From contig OZ024744.1 in the NCBI GenBank assembly GCA_964016885.1, positions 116,188,001 through 116,252,000 of the forward strand: 64,000 bases of DNA, given 5' to 3'. How positions within the stretch are numbered: position 1 is the stretch's first letter; the number at the start of each line of letters is the position of its first letter. Shown piece by piece: positions 37,701 to 51,868 of this stretch. The notes beneath the pieces were generated by a model that was not told the DNA's origin, did no database searches, and worked only from the letters and a program-made list of their open reading frames with translations. Made by a program: the position numbers and the translations under genes. The DNA is from Eledone cirrhosa. Lineage: Eukaryota.

Positions 37701-40700
37701 ACCTAAAACGATAAACGGAAAAAAATGAAACGAAATTTCATTTCCCACTCTTAGAACGGCTGTTACTTAAATATAAGTATGTACACGTACATACACTTAT
37801 GTTTTCAGACGTACAGTAGTGTGTATATATATATACATACATGCCCACATATATACATGTACGTATGGATTCACCGAACATTTATTATAATGCTCGGTGT
37901 GTTTGTGAACAAACATCCGGTATTAATCCGTAGTGTCTAGCCACCATCGTTGCTCGTTTGTTCAACACTGACAAAGGAACGCTGTACTAGTTTCAAGCTT
38001 ATTAGCTATCGTCAGCAACGTATATCTTCCTGCCAGATTGTTGAACGTATATACTTACCTTATGCATATTAACGGGTGAGTAGCCCAATTTGCATAACGA
38101 GTGGGTTAATCGGCCGGGTGCACCTAAAGCGATAAACGAAAAAAAATGAAACGAAATTTCATTTCCCACTCTTAGTACGGCTGTTACTTAAATATAAGTA
38201 TGTACACGTACATACACATATGTACACAGACGTACAGTATTATGTATATATATATACATACATGCACACATATATACATGTACGTATGGATTCACCGAAC
38301 ATTTATTATAATGCTCGGTGTGTTTGTAAAGAAACATCCCGTATGAAGCCGTAGTGTCTAGCAACCATCGTTGCTCATTTGTTCAACACTGACAAAGAAA
38401 CACTGTACTAGTTTCAAGCTTATTAGCTATCGTCAGCAACTTATACCTTCCGGCCAGATTGTTGAACGTATACACTTACATTATGCATATTAACGGGTGA
38501 GTAGCCCAATTTGATATCAAGTGGGTTAATCGGCCGGGTGCACCTAAAGCAATAAACGAATAAAAAATGAAACGAAATTTCATTACGCACTCTTAGTACG
38601 GCTGTTACTTAAAAATAAGTATGTACACGTACATACACATATGTATACAGTCGTACAGTAGTGTGTATATATATATACATACATGCACACATATATACAT
38701 GTACGTATAGATTCACCGAACATTTATTATAATGGTCGGTGTGTTTGTAAACAAACATGCCGTATTAAGCCTTAGTGTCTAGCAACCATCGCTGCTCGTT
38801 TGTTTAACACTGACAAAGAACGATGTACTGGTTTTCAGCTTATTAGCTATCGTCAGCAACGTATACCTTCCTGCCAGATTGTGGAACGTATATACTTACC
38901 TTATGCATATTAACGGGTGAGTAGCCCAATTTGCATATCGAGTGGGTTAATCGGATGGGTGCACCGAAAACGACAAACGAAAAAAATGAAACGAAATTTC
39001 ATTTCCTACTCTTAGTACGGCTGTTACTTAAATATAAGTATGTACACGTACATACACATATGTAAACAGACGTACAGTAGTGTGTGTATATATATACATA
39101 CATGCACACATATATACATGTGCGTATGGATTCACAGAACATTTATTATAATGCTCGGTGTGTTTGTAAACAAACATCCCGTATTAAGCTGTATTCTCAA
39201 GCAACCATCGTTGCTCGTTTGTTCAACACTGACAAAGGAACGCTGTACTAGTTTCAAGCTTATTAGCTATCGTCAGCAATGTATACCTTCCTGCCAGATT
39301 GTTGAACGTATATACTTACCTTATGCATATTAACGGCTGGGTAGCCCAATTTGCATATCGAGTGGGTTAATCGGCCGGGTGCACCTAAGACGATAAACGG
39401 AAAAAAAATGAAACGAAATTTCATTTCCCACTCTTAGTACGGCTGTTACTTAAAAATAAGTATGTACACGTACATACACATATGTATACAGACGTACAGT
39501 AGTGTGTTTATATTTATATACATACGTGCACACGTATATACATACATGTATGGTTTCAACGAACATTTATTATAATGCTCGGTGTGTTTGTAAACAAACA
39601 TGCCGTATTAAGCCGTAGTGTCTAGCAACCATCGCTGCTCGTTTGTTTAACACTGACAAAGAACGCTGGACTAGTTTCAAGCTTATTAGCTATCGTCAGC
39701 AACGTATACCTTCCTGCCAGATTGTGGAAGGTATATACTTACCTTATGCATATTAACGGGTGAGTAGCCCAATTTGCATATCGAGTGGGTTAATCGGCCG
39801 GGTGCACCGAAAACGATAAACGGAAAAAATGAAACGAAATTTCATTTCCCACTCTTAGTACGGCTGTTACTTAAATATAAGTATGTACACCTACATACAC
39901 ATATGTATACAGACGTACAGTAGTATGTATATATATATATATACATACATACACACATATATACATGTACGTATGGATTCACCGAACATTTATTATAATG
40001 CTCGGTGTGTTTGTGAACAAACATCCCGTATTAAGACGTAGTGTCTAGCAACCATCGTTGCTCGTTTGTTCAACACTGACAAAGGAACGCTGTATTAGTT
40101 TCAAGCTTATTAGCTATCGTCAGCAACGTATACCTTCCTGCCAGATTGTTGAACGTATATACTTACCTTATGCATATTAACGGCTGAGTAGCCCAATTTG
40201 CATATCGAGTGGGTTAATCGGCCGGGTGCACCGAAAACGATAAACGGAAAGAAATGAAACGAAATTTCATTTCCCTCTCTTAGTACGGCTGTTACTTAAA
40301 TATAAGTATGTACACCTGCATACACATATGTATACAGACGTACAGATGTATGTATATATATATATATACATACAAACACACATATATACATGTACGTACG
40401 GATTCACCGAACATTTATTATAATGCTCGGTGTGTTTGTAAACAAACATCCCGTATTAAGCCGTAGTGTCTAGCAACCATCGTTGCTCGCTTGTTCAACA
40501 CTGACAAAGGAACGCTGTACTAGTTTCAAGCTTATTAGCTATCGTCAGCATCGTATACCTTCCTGCAAAATTGTTGAACGTATATACTTACCTTATGCAT
40601 ATTAACGGGTGAGTAGGCCAATTTGCATATCGAGTGGGTTAATCGGCCGGATGCACCTAAAACGATAAACGAAAAAAAATGAAACGAAATTTCATTTCCC

Positions 40701-41761
40701 ACTCTTAGAACGGCTGTTACTTAAATATAAGTATGTACACGTACATACATTTATGATTTCAGACATACAGTATTATGTATATATATATATACATACATGC
40801 ACACATATATACATGTACGTATGGATTCACAGAATATTTATTATAATTGTCGGTGTGTTTGTAAACAAACATCCCGTATTAAGCCGTAGTGTCTAGCAAC
40901 CATCGTTGCTCGTTTGTTCAACACTGACAAAGGAACGCTGTACTAGTTTCAAGCTTATTAGCTATTGTCAGCAACGTATACCTTCCTGCCAGATTGTGGA
41001 ACGTAATTAATTACCTTATGCATATTAACGGGTGAGTAGCCCAATTTGCATATCGAGTGGGTTAATCGGCTGGATGCACCTAAATCGATATACGGAAAAA
41101 AATGAAACGAAATTTCATTTCCCACTCTTAGTACGGCTGTTACTGAAATATAAGTATGTACACGTACATACACATATGTACACAGACGTATAGTAGTGTG
41201 TATATATATATACATACATACATGCACACATATATACATGTACGTATGGATTCACCGAACATTTATTATAATGCTCGGTGTGTTTGTGAACAAACATCCG
41301 GTATTAAGCCGTAGTGTCTAGCAACCATCGTTGCTCGTTTGTTCAACACTGAAAAAGGAACGCTGTACTAGTTTCAAGCATATTAGCTATCGTCAGCAAC
41401 GTATACCTTCCTGCCAGATTGTTGAACGTATATACTTACCTTATGCATATTAACGGCTGAGTAGCCCAATTTGCATATCGAGTGGGTTAAACGGCCGGGT
41501 GCACCTAAAACGATAAACGGAGAAAAATGAAACGAAATTTCATTTCCCACTCTTAGTACGGCTGTTACTGAAATATAAGTATGTACACGTACATACACAT
41601 ATGTATACAGACGTACAATAGTATGTATACATATATACATACATTCACACATATATACATGTACGTATGGATTCACCAAACATTTATTATGATGCTCGGT
41701 GTGTTTGTAAACAAACATCCCGTATTAAGCCGTAGTGTCTTGCAGCCATTGTTGCTCGTTT

Positions 41762-41848
41762 GTTCAACACTGACAAAGGAACGCTGTACTAGTTTCAAGC
41801 TTATTAGCTATCGTCAGCAACGTATATCTTCCTGCCAGATTGTTGAAC
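41762..41848 (-). ncRNA. Type I hammerhead ribozyme (second representative copy)
   Basis: Same core and helices; the adjacent splice-bounded cassette 41861-41925 is intact. Confidence 0.78.
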
Positions 41849-44800
41849 GTATATACTTACCTTATGCATATTAACGGGTGAGTAGCCCAATTTGCATAAC
41901 GAGTGGGTTAATCGGCCGGGTGCACCTAAAACGATAAACGAAAAAAAATGAAACGAAATTTCATTTCCCACTCTTAGTACGGCTGTTACTTAAAAATAAG
42001 TATGTACACGTACATACACTTATGTTTTCAGACGTACAGTATTATGTATATATATATATACATACGTGCACACATATATACATGTACGTATGGATTCACA
42101 GAACATTTATTATAATGCTCGGTGTGTTTGTGAACAAACATCCCGTATTAAGCCGTAGTGTCTAGCAACCATCGTTGCTCGTTTGTTCAACACTGACAAA
42201 GGAACGCTGTACTAGTTTCATGCTTATTAGCTATCGTCAGCAACGTATACCTTCCTGCCAGATTGTTGAACGTATATACTTATGCATATTAACGGGTGAG
42301 TAGCCCAATTTGCATATCGAGTGGGTTAAACGGCCGGGTGCACCTAAAACGATAAACGGAGAAAAATGAAATGAAATTTCATTCCCCACTCTTAGTACGG
42401 CTGTTACTTAAATATAAGTATGTACACGTACATACACATATGTACACAGACGTACAGTATTATGTATATATATATACATACATGCACACATATATACATG
42501 TACGTATGGATTCACCCAACATTTATTATAATGCTCGGTGTGTTTGTAAAGAAACATCCCGTATGAAGCCGTAGTGTCTAGCAACCATCGTTGCTCGTTT
42601 GTTCAACACTGACAAAGAAACGCTGTACTAGTTTCAAGCTTATTAGCTATCGTCAGCAACTTATACCTTCCGGCCAGATTGTTGAACGTATACACTTACA
42701 TTATGCATATTAACGGGTGAGTAGCCCAATTTGATATCGAGTGGGTTAATCGGCCGGGTGCACCTAAAGCAATAAACGAAAAAAAAATGAAACGAAATTT
42801 CATTACGCACTCTTAGTACGGCTGTTACTTAAATATAAGTATGTACACGTACATACACATATGTATACAGTCGTACAGTAGTGTGTATATATATATACAT
42901 ACATGACACATATATACATGTACGTATAGATTCACCGAACATTTATTATAATGCTCGGTGTGTTTGTAAACAAACATCCCGTATTAAGCCGTATTGTCAA
43001 GCAACCATCGTTGCTCGTTTGTTCAACACTGACAAAGGAACGCTGTACTAGTTTCAAGCTTATTAGCTATCGTCAGCAACGTATACCTTCCTGCCAGATT
43101 GTTGAACGTTTATACTTACCTTATGCATATTAACGGGTGAGTAGCCCAATTTGTATATCGAGTGGGTTAATCGGCCGGATGCACCTAAATCGATAAACTG
43201 AAAAAAATGAAACGAAATTTCATTTCCCACTCTTAGTACGGCGTTTACTTAAATATAAGTACGTACACGTACATACACATATGTATGCAGTCGTAAAGTA
43301 GTGTGTATATATATATACATACATGCACACATATATACATGTACGTATAGATTCACCGAACATTTATTATAATGCTCGGTGTGTTTGTAAACAAACATGC
43401 CGTATTAAGCCGTAGTGTCTAGCAACCATCGTTGCTCGTTTGTTCAACACTGACAAAGGAATGCTGTACTAGTTTCAAGCTTATTAGCTATCGTCAGCAA
43501 CGTATACCTTCCTGGCAGATTGTTGAACGTATATACTTAACTTATGCATATTAATGGCTGAGTAGCCCAACTTGCATATCGAGTGCGTTAATCGGCCGGG
43601 TGCACCTAAAGCGATAAACGAAAAAAAAATGAAACGAAATTTCATTTCCCACTCTTAGTACGGCTGTTACTTAAATATAAGTATGTACACGTACATACAC
43701 ATATGTACACAGACGTACAGTATTATGTATATATATATACATACATGCACACATATATACATGTACGTATGGATTCACCGAACATTTATTATAATGCTCG
43801 GTGTGTTTGTAAACAAACATGCCGTATTAAGCCGTAGTGTCTAGCAACCATCGTTGCTCGTTTGTTCAACACTGACAAAGGAACGCTGTACTAGTTTCAA
43901 GCTTATTAGCTATCGTCAGCAACGTATACCTTCCTGGCAGATTGTTGAACGTATATACTTAACTTATGCATATTAATGGCTGAGTAGCCCAACTTGCATA
44001 TCGAGTGGGTTAATCGGCCGGGTGCACCGAAAACGATAAACGGAAAGAAATGAAACGAAATTTCATTTCCCTCTCTTAGTACGGCTGTTACTTAAATATA
44101 AGTATGTACACCTACATACACATATGTATACAGACGTACAGTAGTATGTATATATATATATACATACATACACACATATATACATGTACGTACGGATTCA
44201 CCGAACATTTATTATAATGCTCGGTGTGTTTATAAACAAACATCCCGTATTAATCCGTAGTGTCTAGCAACCATCGTTGCTCGTTTGTTCAACACTGACA
44301 AAGGAACGCTGTACTAGTTTCATGCTTATTAGCTATCGTCAGCAACGTATACCTTCCTGCCAGATTGTTGAACGTATATACTTATGCATATTAACGGGTG
44401 AGTAGCCCAACTTGCATATCGAGTGGGTTAATCGGCCGGGTGCACCTAAAACGATAAACGGAGAAAAATGAAACGAAATTTCATTTCCCACTCTTAGTAC
44501 GGCTGTTACTGAAATATAAGTATGTACACGTACATACACATATGTATACAGACGTACAATAGTATGTATACATATATACATACATTCACACATATATACA
44601 TGTACGTATGGATTCACCAAACATTTATTATGATGCTCGGTGTGTTTGTAAATAAACATCCCGTATTAAGCCGTAGTGTCTTGCAGCCATTGTTGCTCGT
44701 TTGTTCAACACTGACAAAGGAACGCTGTACTAGTTTCAAGCTTATTAGCTATCGTCAGCAACGTATATCTTCCTGCCAGATTGTTGAACGTATATACTTA

Positions 44801-46482
44801 CCTTATGCATATTAACGGGTGAGTAGCCCAATTTGCATAATGAGTGGGTTAATCGGCCGGGTGCACCTAAAGCGATAAACGAAAAAAAATGAAACAAAAT
44901 TTCATTTCCCACTCTTAGTACGGCTGTTACTTAAATATAAGTATGTACACGTACATACACATATGTACACAGACGTACAGTATTATGTATATATATATAC
45001 ATACATGCACACATATATACATGTACGTATGGATTCACCGAACATTTATTATAATGCTCGGTGTGTTTGTAAAGAAACATCCCGTATGAAGCCGTAGTGT
45101 CTAGCAACCATCGTTGCTCGTTTGTTCAACACTGACAAAGAAACGCTGTACTAGTTTCAAGCTTATTAGCTATCGTCAGCAACTTATACCTTCCGGCCAG
45201 ATTGTTGAACGTATACACTTACATTATGCATATTAACGGGTGAGTAGCCCAATTTGATATCGAGTGGGTTAATCGGCCGGGTGCACCTAAAGCAATAAAC
45301 GAAAAAAAAATGAAACGAAATTTCATTACGCACTCTTAGTACGGCTGTTACTTAAATATAAGTATGTACACGTACATACACATATGTATACAGTCGTACA
45401 GTAGTGTGTATATATATATACATACATGCACACATATATACATGTACGTATAGATTCACCGAACATTTATTATAATGCTCGGTGTGTTTGTAAACAAACA
45501 TCCCGTATTAAGCCGTATTGTCAAGCAACCATCGTTGCTCGTTTGTTCAACACTGACAAAGGAACGCTGAACTAGTTTCAAGCTTATTAGCTATCGTCAG
45601 CAACGTATACCTTCCTGCCAGATTGTTGAACGTTTATACTTACCTTATGCATATTAACGGGTGAGTAGCCCAATTTGTAAATCGATTGGGTTAATCGGCC
45701 GGATGCACCTAAATCGATAAACGGAAAAAAATGAAACGAAATTTCATTTCCCACTCTTAGTACGGCGTTTACTTAAATATAAGTACGTACACGTACATAC
45801 ACATATGTATACAGTCGTAAAGTAGTGTGTATATATATATACATACATGCACACATATATACATGTACGTATAGATTCACCGAACATTTATTATAATGCT
45901 CGGTGTGTTTGTAAACAAACATGCCGTATTAAGCCGTAGTGTCTAGCAACCATCGTTGCTCGTTTGTTCAACACTGACAAAGGAACGCTGTACTAGTTTC
46001 AAGCTTATTAGCTATCGTCAGCAACGTATACCATCCTGGCAGATTGTTGAACGTATATACTTAACTTATACATATTAATGGCTGAGTAGCCCAACTTGCA
46101 TATCGAGTGCGTTAATCGGCCGGGTGCACCTAAAGCGATAAACGAAAAAAAAATGAAACGAAATTTCATTTCCCACTCTTAGTACGGCTGTTACTTAAAT
46201 ATAAGTATGTACACGTACATACACATATGTACACAGACGTACAGTATTATGTATATATATATACATACATGCACACATATATACATGTACGTATGGATTC
46301 ACCGAACATTTATTATAATGCTCGGTGTGTTTGTAAACAAACATGCCGTATTAAGCCGTAGTGTCTAGCAACCATCGTTGCTCGTTTGTTCAACACTGAC
46401 AAAGGAACGCTGTACTAGTTTCAAGCTTATTAGCTATCGTCAGCAACGTATACCTTCCTGGCAGATTGTTGAACGTATATAC

Positions 46483-46650
46483 GAGGTTGGTGTTAGGAAG
46501 GGCATCCAGCTGTAGAAATCAAGCCAGATCAGTTCCTGTATGAGCAAGGCATGGTCAGCCGACCAGACACTGCCCACAACAGGACAACCCGTCTAACCCA
46601 TGCTAGCGTGGAAGAACGGACGTAAAACGGTGATGATGATGATGATGATG
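46483..46650 (+). mobile_element. 5'-truncated SINE/RTE-type retroposon 3' end with (TGA)n tail
   Basis: Interrupts a monomer; TSD atatac; ends aacccatgctagcgtggaagaacggacgtaaaacgg(tga)n. Confidence 0.8.
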
Positions 46651-49600
46651 ATATACTTAACTTATGCATATTAATGGCTGAGTAGCCCAACTTGCATATC
46701 GAGTGGGTTAATCGGCCGGGTGCACCTAAATCGATATACGGAAAAAATGAAAGGAAATTTCATTTCCCACTCTTAGTACGGCTGTTACTTAAATATAAGT
46801 ATGTACACGTACATACACATATGTATAAAGACGTACAGTAGTATGTATATATATACATACATGCACACATATATACATGTACGTATGGATTCACCAAACA
46901 TTTATTATGATGCTCGGTGTGTTTGTAAACAAACATCCCGTATTAAGCCGTAGTGTCTTGCAGCCATTGTTGCTCGTTTGTTCAACACTGACAAAGGAAC
47001 GCTGTACTAGTTTCAAGCTTATTAGCTATCGTCAGCAACGTATATCTTCCTGCCAGATTGTTGAACGTATATACTTACCTTATGCATATTAACGGGTGAG
47101 TAGCCCAATTTGCATAACGAGTGGGTTAATCGGCCGGGTGCACCTAAAACGATAAACGAAAAAAAATGAAACGAAATTTCATTTCCCACTCTTAGTACGG
47201 CTGTTACTTAAAAATAAGTATGTACACGTACATACACTTATGTTTTCAGACGTACAGTATTATGTATATATATATATACATACGTGCACACATATATACA
47301 TGTACGTATGGATTCACAGAACATTTATTATAATGCTCGGTGTGTTTGTGAACAAACATCCCGTATTAAGCCGTAGTGTCTAGCAACCATCGTTGCTCGT
47401 TTGTTCAACACTGACAAAGGAACGCTGTACTAGTTTCATGCTTATTAGCTATCGTCAGCAACGTATACCTTCCTGCCAGATTGTTGAACGTATATACTTA
47501 TGCATATTAACGGGTGAGTAGCCCAATTTGCATATCGAGTGGGTTAAACGGCCGGATGCACCTAAAACGATAAACGGAGAAAAATGAAATGAAATTTCAT
47601 TCCCCACTCTTAGTACGGCTGTTACTTAAATATAAGTATGTACACGTACATACACATATGTACACAGACGTACAGTATTATGTATATATATATACATACA
47701 TGCACACATATATACATGTACGTATGGATTCACCCAACATTTATTATAATGCTCGGTGTGTTTGTAAAGAAACATCCCGTATGAAGCCGTAGTGTCTAGC
47801 AACCATCGTTGCTCGTTTGTTCAACACTGACAAAGAAACGCTGTACTAGTTTCAAGCTTATTAGCTATCGTCAGCAACTTATACCTTCCGGCCAGATTGT
47901 TGAACGTATACACTTACATTATGCATATTAACGGGTGAGTAGCCCAATTTGATATCGAGTGGGTTAATCGGCCGGGTGCACCTAAAGCAATAAACGAAAA
48001 AAAAATGAAACGAAATTTCATTACGCACTCTTAGTACGGCTGTTACTTAAATATAAGTATGTACACGTACATACACATATGTATACAGTCGTACAGTAGT
48101 GTGTATATATATATACATACATGACACATATATACATGTACGTATAGATTCACCGAACATTTATTATAATGCTCGGTGTGTTTGTAAACAAACATCCCGT
48201 ATTAAGCCGTATTGTCAAGCAACCATCGTTGCTCGTTTGTTCAACACTGACAAAGGAACGCTGTACTAGTTTCAAGCTTATTAGCTATCGTCAGCAACGT
48301 ATACCTTCCTGCCAGATTGTTGAACGTTTATACTTACCTTATGCATATTAACGGGTGAGTAGCCCAATTTGTATATCGAGTGGGTTAATCGGCCGGATGC
48401 ACCTAAATCGATAAACTGAAAAAAATGAAACGAAATTTCATTTCCCACTCTTAGTACGGCGTTTACTTAAATATAAGTACGTACACGTACATACACATAT
48501 GTATGCAGTCGTAAAGTAGTGTGTATATATATATACATACATGCACACATATATACATGTACGTATAGATTCACCGAACATTTATTATAATGCTCGGTGT
48601 GTTTGTAAACAAACATGCCGTATTAAGCCGTAGTGTCTAGCAACCATCGTTGCTCGTTTGTTCAACACTGACAAAGGAATGCTGTACTAGTTTCAAGCTT
48701 ATTAGCTATCGTCAGCAACGTATACCTTCCTGGCAGATTGTTGAACGTATATACTTAACTTATGCATATTAATGGCTGAGTAGCCCAACTTGCATATCGA
48801 GTGCGTTAATCGGCCGGGTGCACCTAAAGCGATAAACGAAAAAAAAATGAAACGAAATTTCATTTCCCACTCTTAGTACGGCTGTTACTTAAATATAAGT
48901 ATGTACACGTACATACACATATGTACACAGACGTACAGTATTATGTATATATATATACATACATGCACACATATATACATGTACGTATGGATTCACCGAA
49001 CATTTATTATAATGCTCGGTGTGTTTGTAAACAAACATGCCGTATTAAGCCGTAGTGTCTAGCAACCATCGTTGCTCGTTTGTTCAACACTGACAAAGGA
49101 ACGCTGTACTAGTTTCAAGCTTATTAGCTATCGTCAGCAACGTATACCTTCCTGGCAGATTGTTGAACGTATATACTTAACTTATGCATATTAATGGCTG
49201 AGTAGCCCAACTTGCATATCGAGTGGGTTAATCGGCCGGGTGCACCGAAAACGATAAACGGAAAGAAATGAAACGAAATTTCATTTCCCTCTCTTAGTAC
49301 GGCTGTTACTTAAATATAAGTATGTACACCTACATACACATATGTATACAGACGTACAGTAGTATGTATATATATATATACATACATACACACATATATA
49401 CATGTACGTACGGATTCACCGAACATTTATTATAATGCTCGGTGTGTTTATAAACAAACATCCCGTATTAATCCGTAGTGTCTAGCAACCATCGTTGCTC
49501 GTTTGTTCAACACTGACAAAGGAACGCTGTACTAGTTTCATGCTTATTAGCTATCGTCAGCAACGTATACCTTCCTGCCAGATTGTTGAACGTATATACT

Positions 49601-51700
49601 TATGCATATTAACGGGTGAGTAGCCCAACTTGCATATCGAGTGGGTTAATCGGCCGGGTGCACCTAAAACGATAAACGGAGAAAAATGAAACGAAATTTC
49701 ATTTCCCACTCTTAGTACGGCTGTTACTGAAATATAAGTATGTACACGTACATACACATATGTATACAGACGTACAATAGTATGTATACATATATACATA
49801 CATTCACACATATATACATGTACGTATGGATTCACCAAACATTTATTATGATGCTCGGTGTGTTTGTAAATAAACATCCCGTATTAAGCCGTAGTGTCTT
49901 GCAGCCATTGTTGCTCGTTTGTTCAACACTGACAAAGGAACGCTGTACTAGTTTCAAGCTTATTAGCTATCGTCAGCAACGTATATCTTCCTGCCAGATT
50001 GTTGAACGTATATACTTACCTTATGCATATTAACGGGTGAGTAGCCCAATTTGCATAATGAGTGGGTTAATCGGCCGGGTGCACCTAAAGCGATAAACGA
50101 AAAAAAATGAAACAAAATTTCATTTCCCACTCTTAGTACGGCTGTTACTTAAATATAAGTATGTACACGTACATACACATATGTACACAGACGTACAGTA
50201 TTATGTATATATATATACATACATGCACACATATATACATGTACGTATGGATTCACCGAACATTTATTATAATGCTCGGTGTGTTTGTAAAGAAACATCC
50301 CGTATGAAGCCGTAGTGTCTAGCAACCATCGTTGCTCGTTTGTTCAACACTGACAAAGAAACGCTGTACTAGTTTCAAGCTTATTAGCTATCGTCAGCAA
50401 CTTATACCTTCCGGCCAGATTGTTGAACGTATACACTTACATTATGCATATTAACGGGTGAGTAGCCCAATTTGATATCGAGTGGGTTAATCGGCCGGGT
50501 GCACCTAAAGCAATAAACGAAAAAAAAATGAAACGAAATTTCATTACGCACTCTTAGTACGGCTGTTACTTAAATATAAGTATGTACACGTACATACACA
50601 TATGTATACAGTCGTACAGTAGTGTGTATATATATATACATACATGCACACATATATACATGTACGTATAGATTCACCGAACATTTATTATAATGCTCGG
50701 TGTGTTTGTAAACAAACATCCCGTATTAAGCCGTATTGTCAAGCAACCATCGTTGCTCGTTTGTTCAACACTGACAAAGGAACGCTGAACTAGTTTCAAG
50801 CTTATTAGCTATCGTCAGCAACGTATACCTTCCTGCCAGATTGTTGAACGTTTATACTTACCTTATGCATATTAACGGGTGAGTAGCCCAATTTGTAAAT
50901 CGATTGGGTTAATCGGCCGGATGCACCTAAATCGATAAACGGAAAAAAATGAAACGAAATTTCATTTCCCACTCTTAGTACGGCGTTTACTTAAATATAA
51001 GTACGTACACGTACATACACATATGTATACAGTCGTAAAGTAGTGTGTATATATATATACATACATGCACACATATATACATGTACGTATAGATTCACCG
51101 AACATTTATTATAATGCTCGGTGTGTTTGTAAACAAACATGCCGTATTAAGCCGTAGTGTCTAGCAACCATCGTTGCTCGTTTGTTCAACACTGACAAAG
51201 GAACGCTGTACTAGTTTCAAGCTTATTAGCTATCGTCAGCAACGTATACCATCCTGGCAGATTGTTGAACGTATATACTTAACTTATACATATTAATGGC
51301 TGAGTAGCCCAACTTGCATATCGAGTGCGTTAATCGGCCGGGTGCACCTAAAGCGATAAACGAAAAAAAAATGAAACGAAATTTCATTTCCCACTCTTAG
51401 TACGGCTGTTACTTAAATATAAGTATGTACACGTACATACACATATGTACACAGACGTACAGTATTATGTATATATATATACATACATGCACACATATAT
51501 ACATGTACGTATGGATTCACCGAACATTTATTATAATGCTCGGTGTGTTTGTAAACAAACATGCCGTATTAAGCCGTAGTGTCTAGCAACCATCGTTGCT
51601 CGTTTGTTCAACACTGACAAAGGAACGCTGTACTAGTTTCAAGCTTATTAGCTATCGTCAGCAACGTATACCTTCCTGGCAGATTGTTGAACGTATATAC

Positions 51701-51868
51701 GAGGTTGGTGTTAGGAAGGGCATCCAGCTGTAGAAATCAAGCCAGATCAGTTCCTGTATGAGCAAGGCATGGTCAGCCGACCAGACACTGCCCACAACAG
51801 GACAACCCGTCTAACCCATGCTAGCGTGGAAGAACGGACGTAAAACGGTGATGATGATGATGATGATG
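51701..51868 (+). mobile_element. Duplicate of the 46483-46650 insertion
   Basis: Same sequence and site, exactly 5218 bp downstream. Confidence 0.8.
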
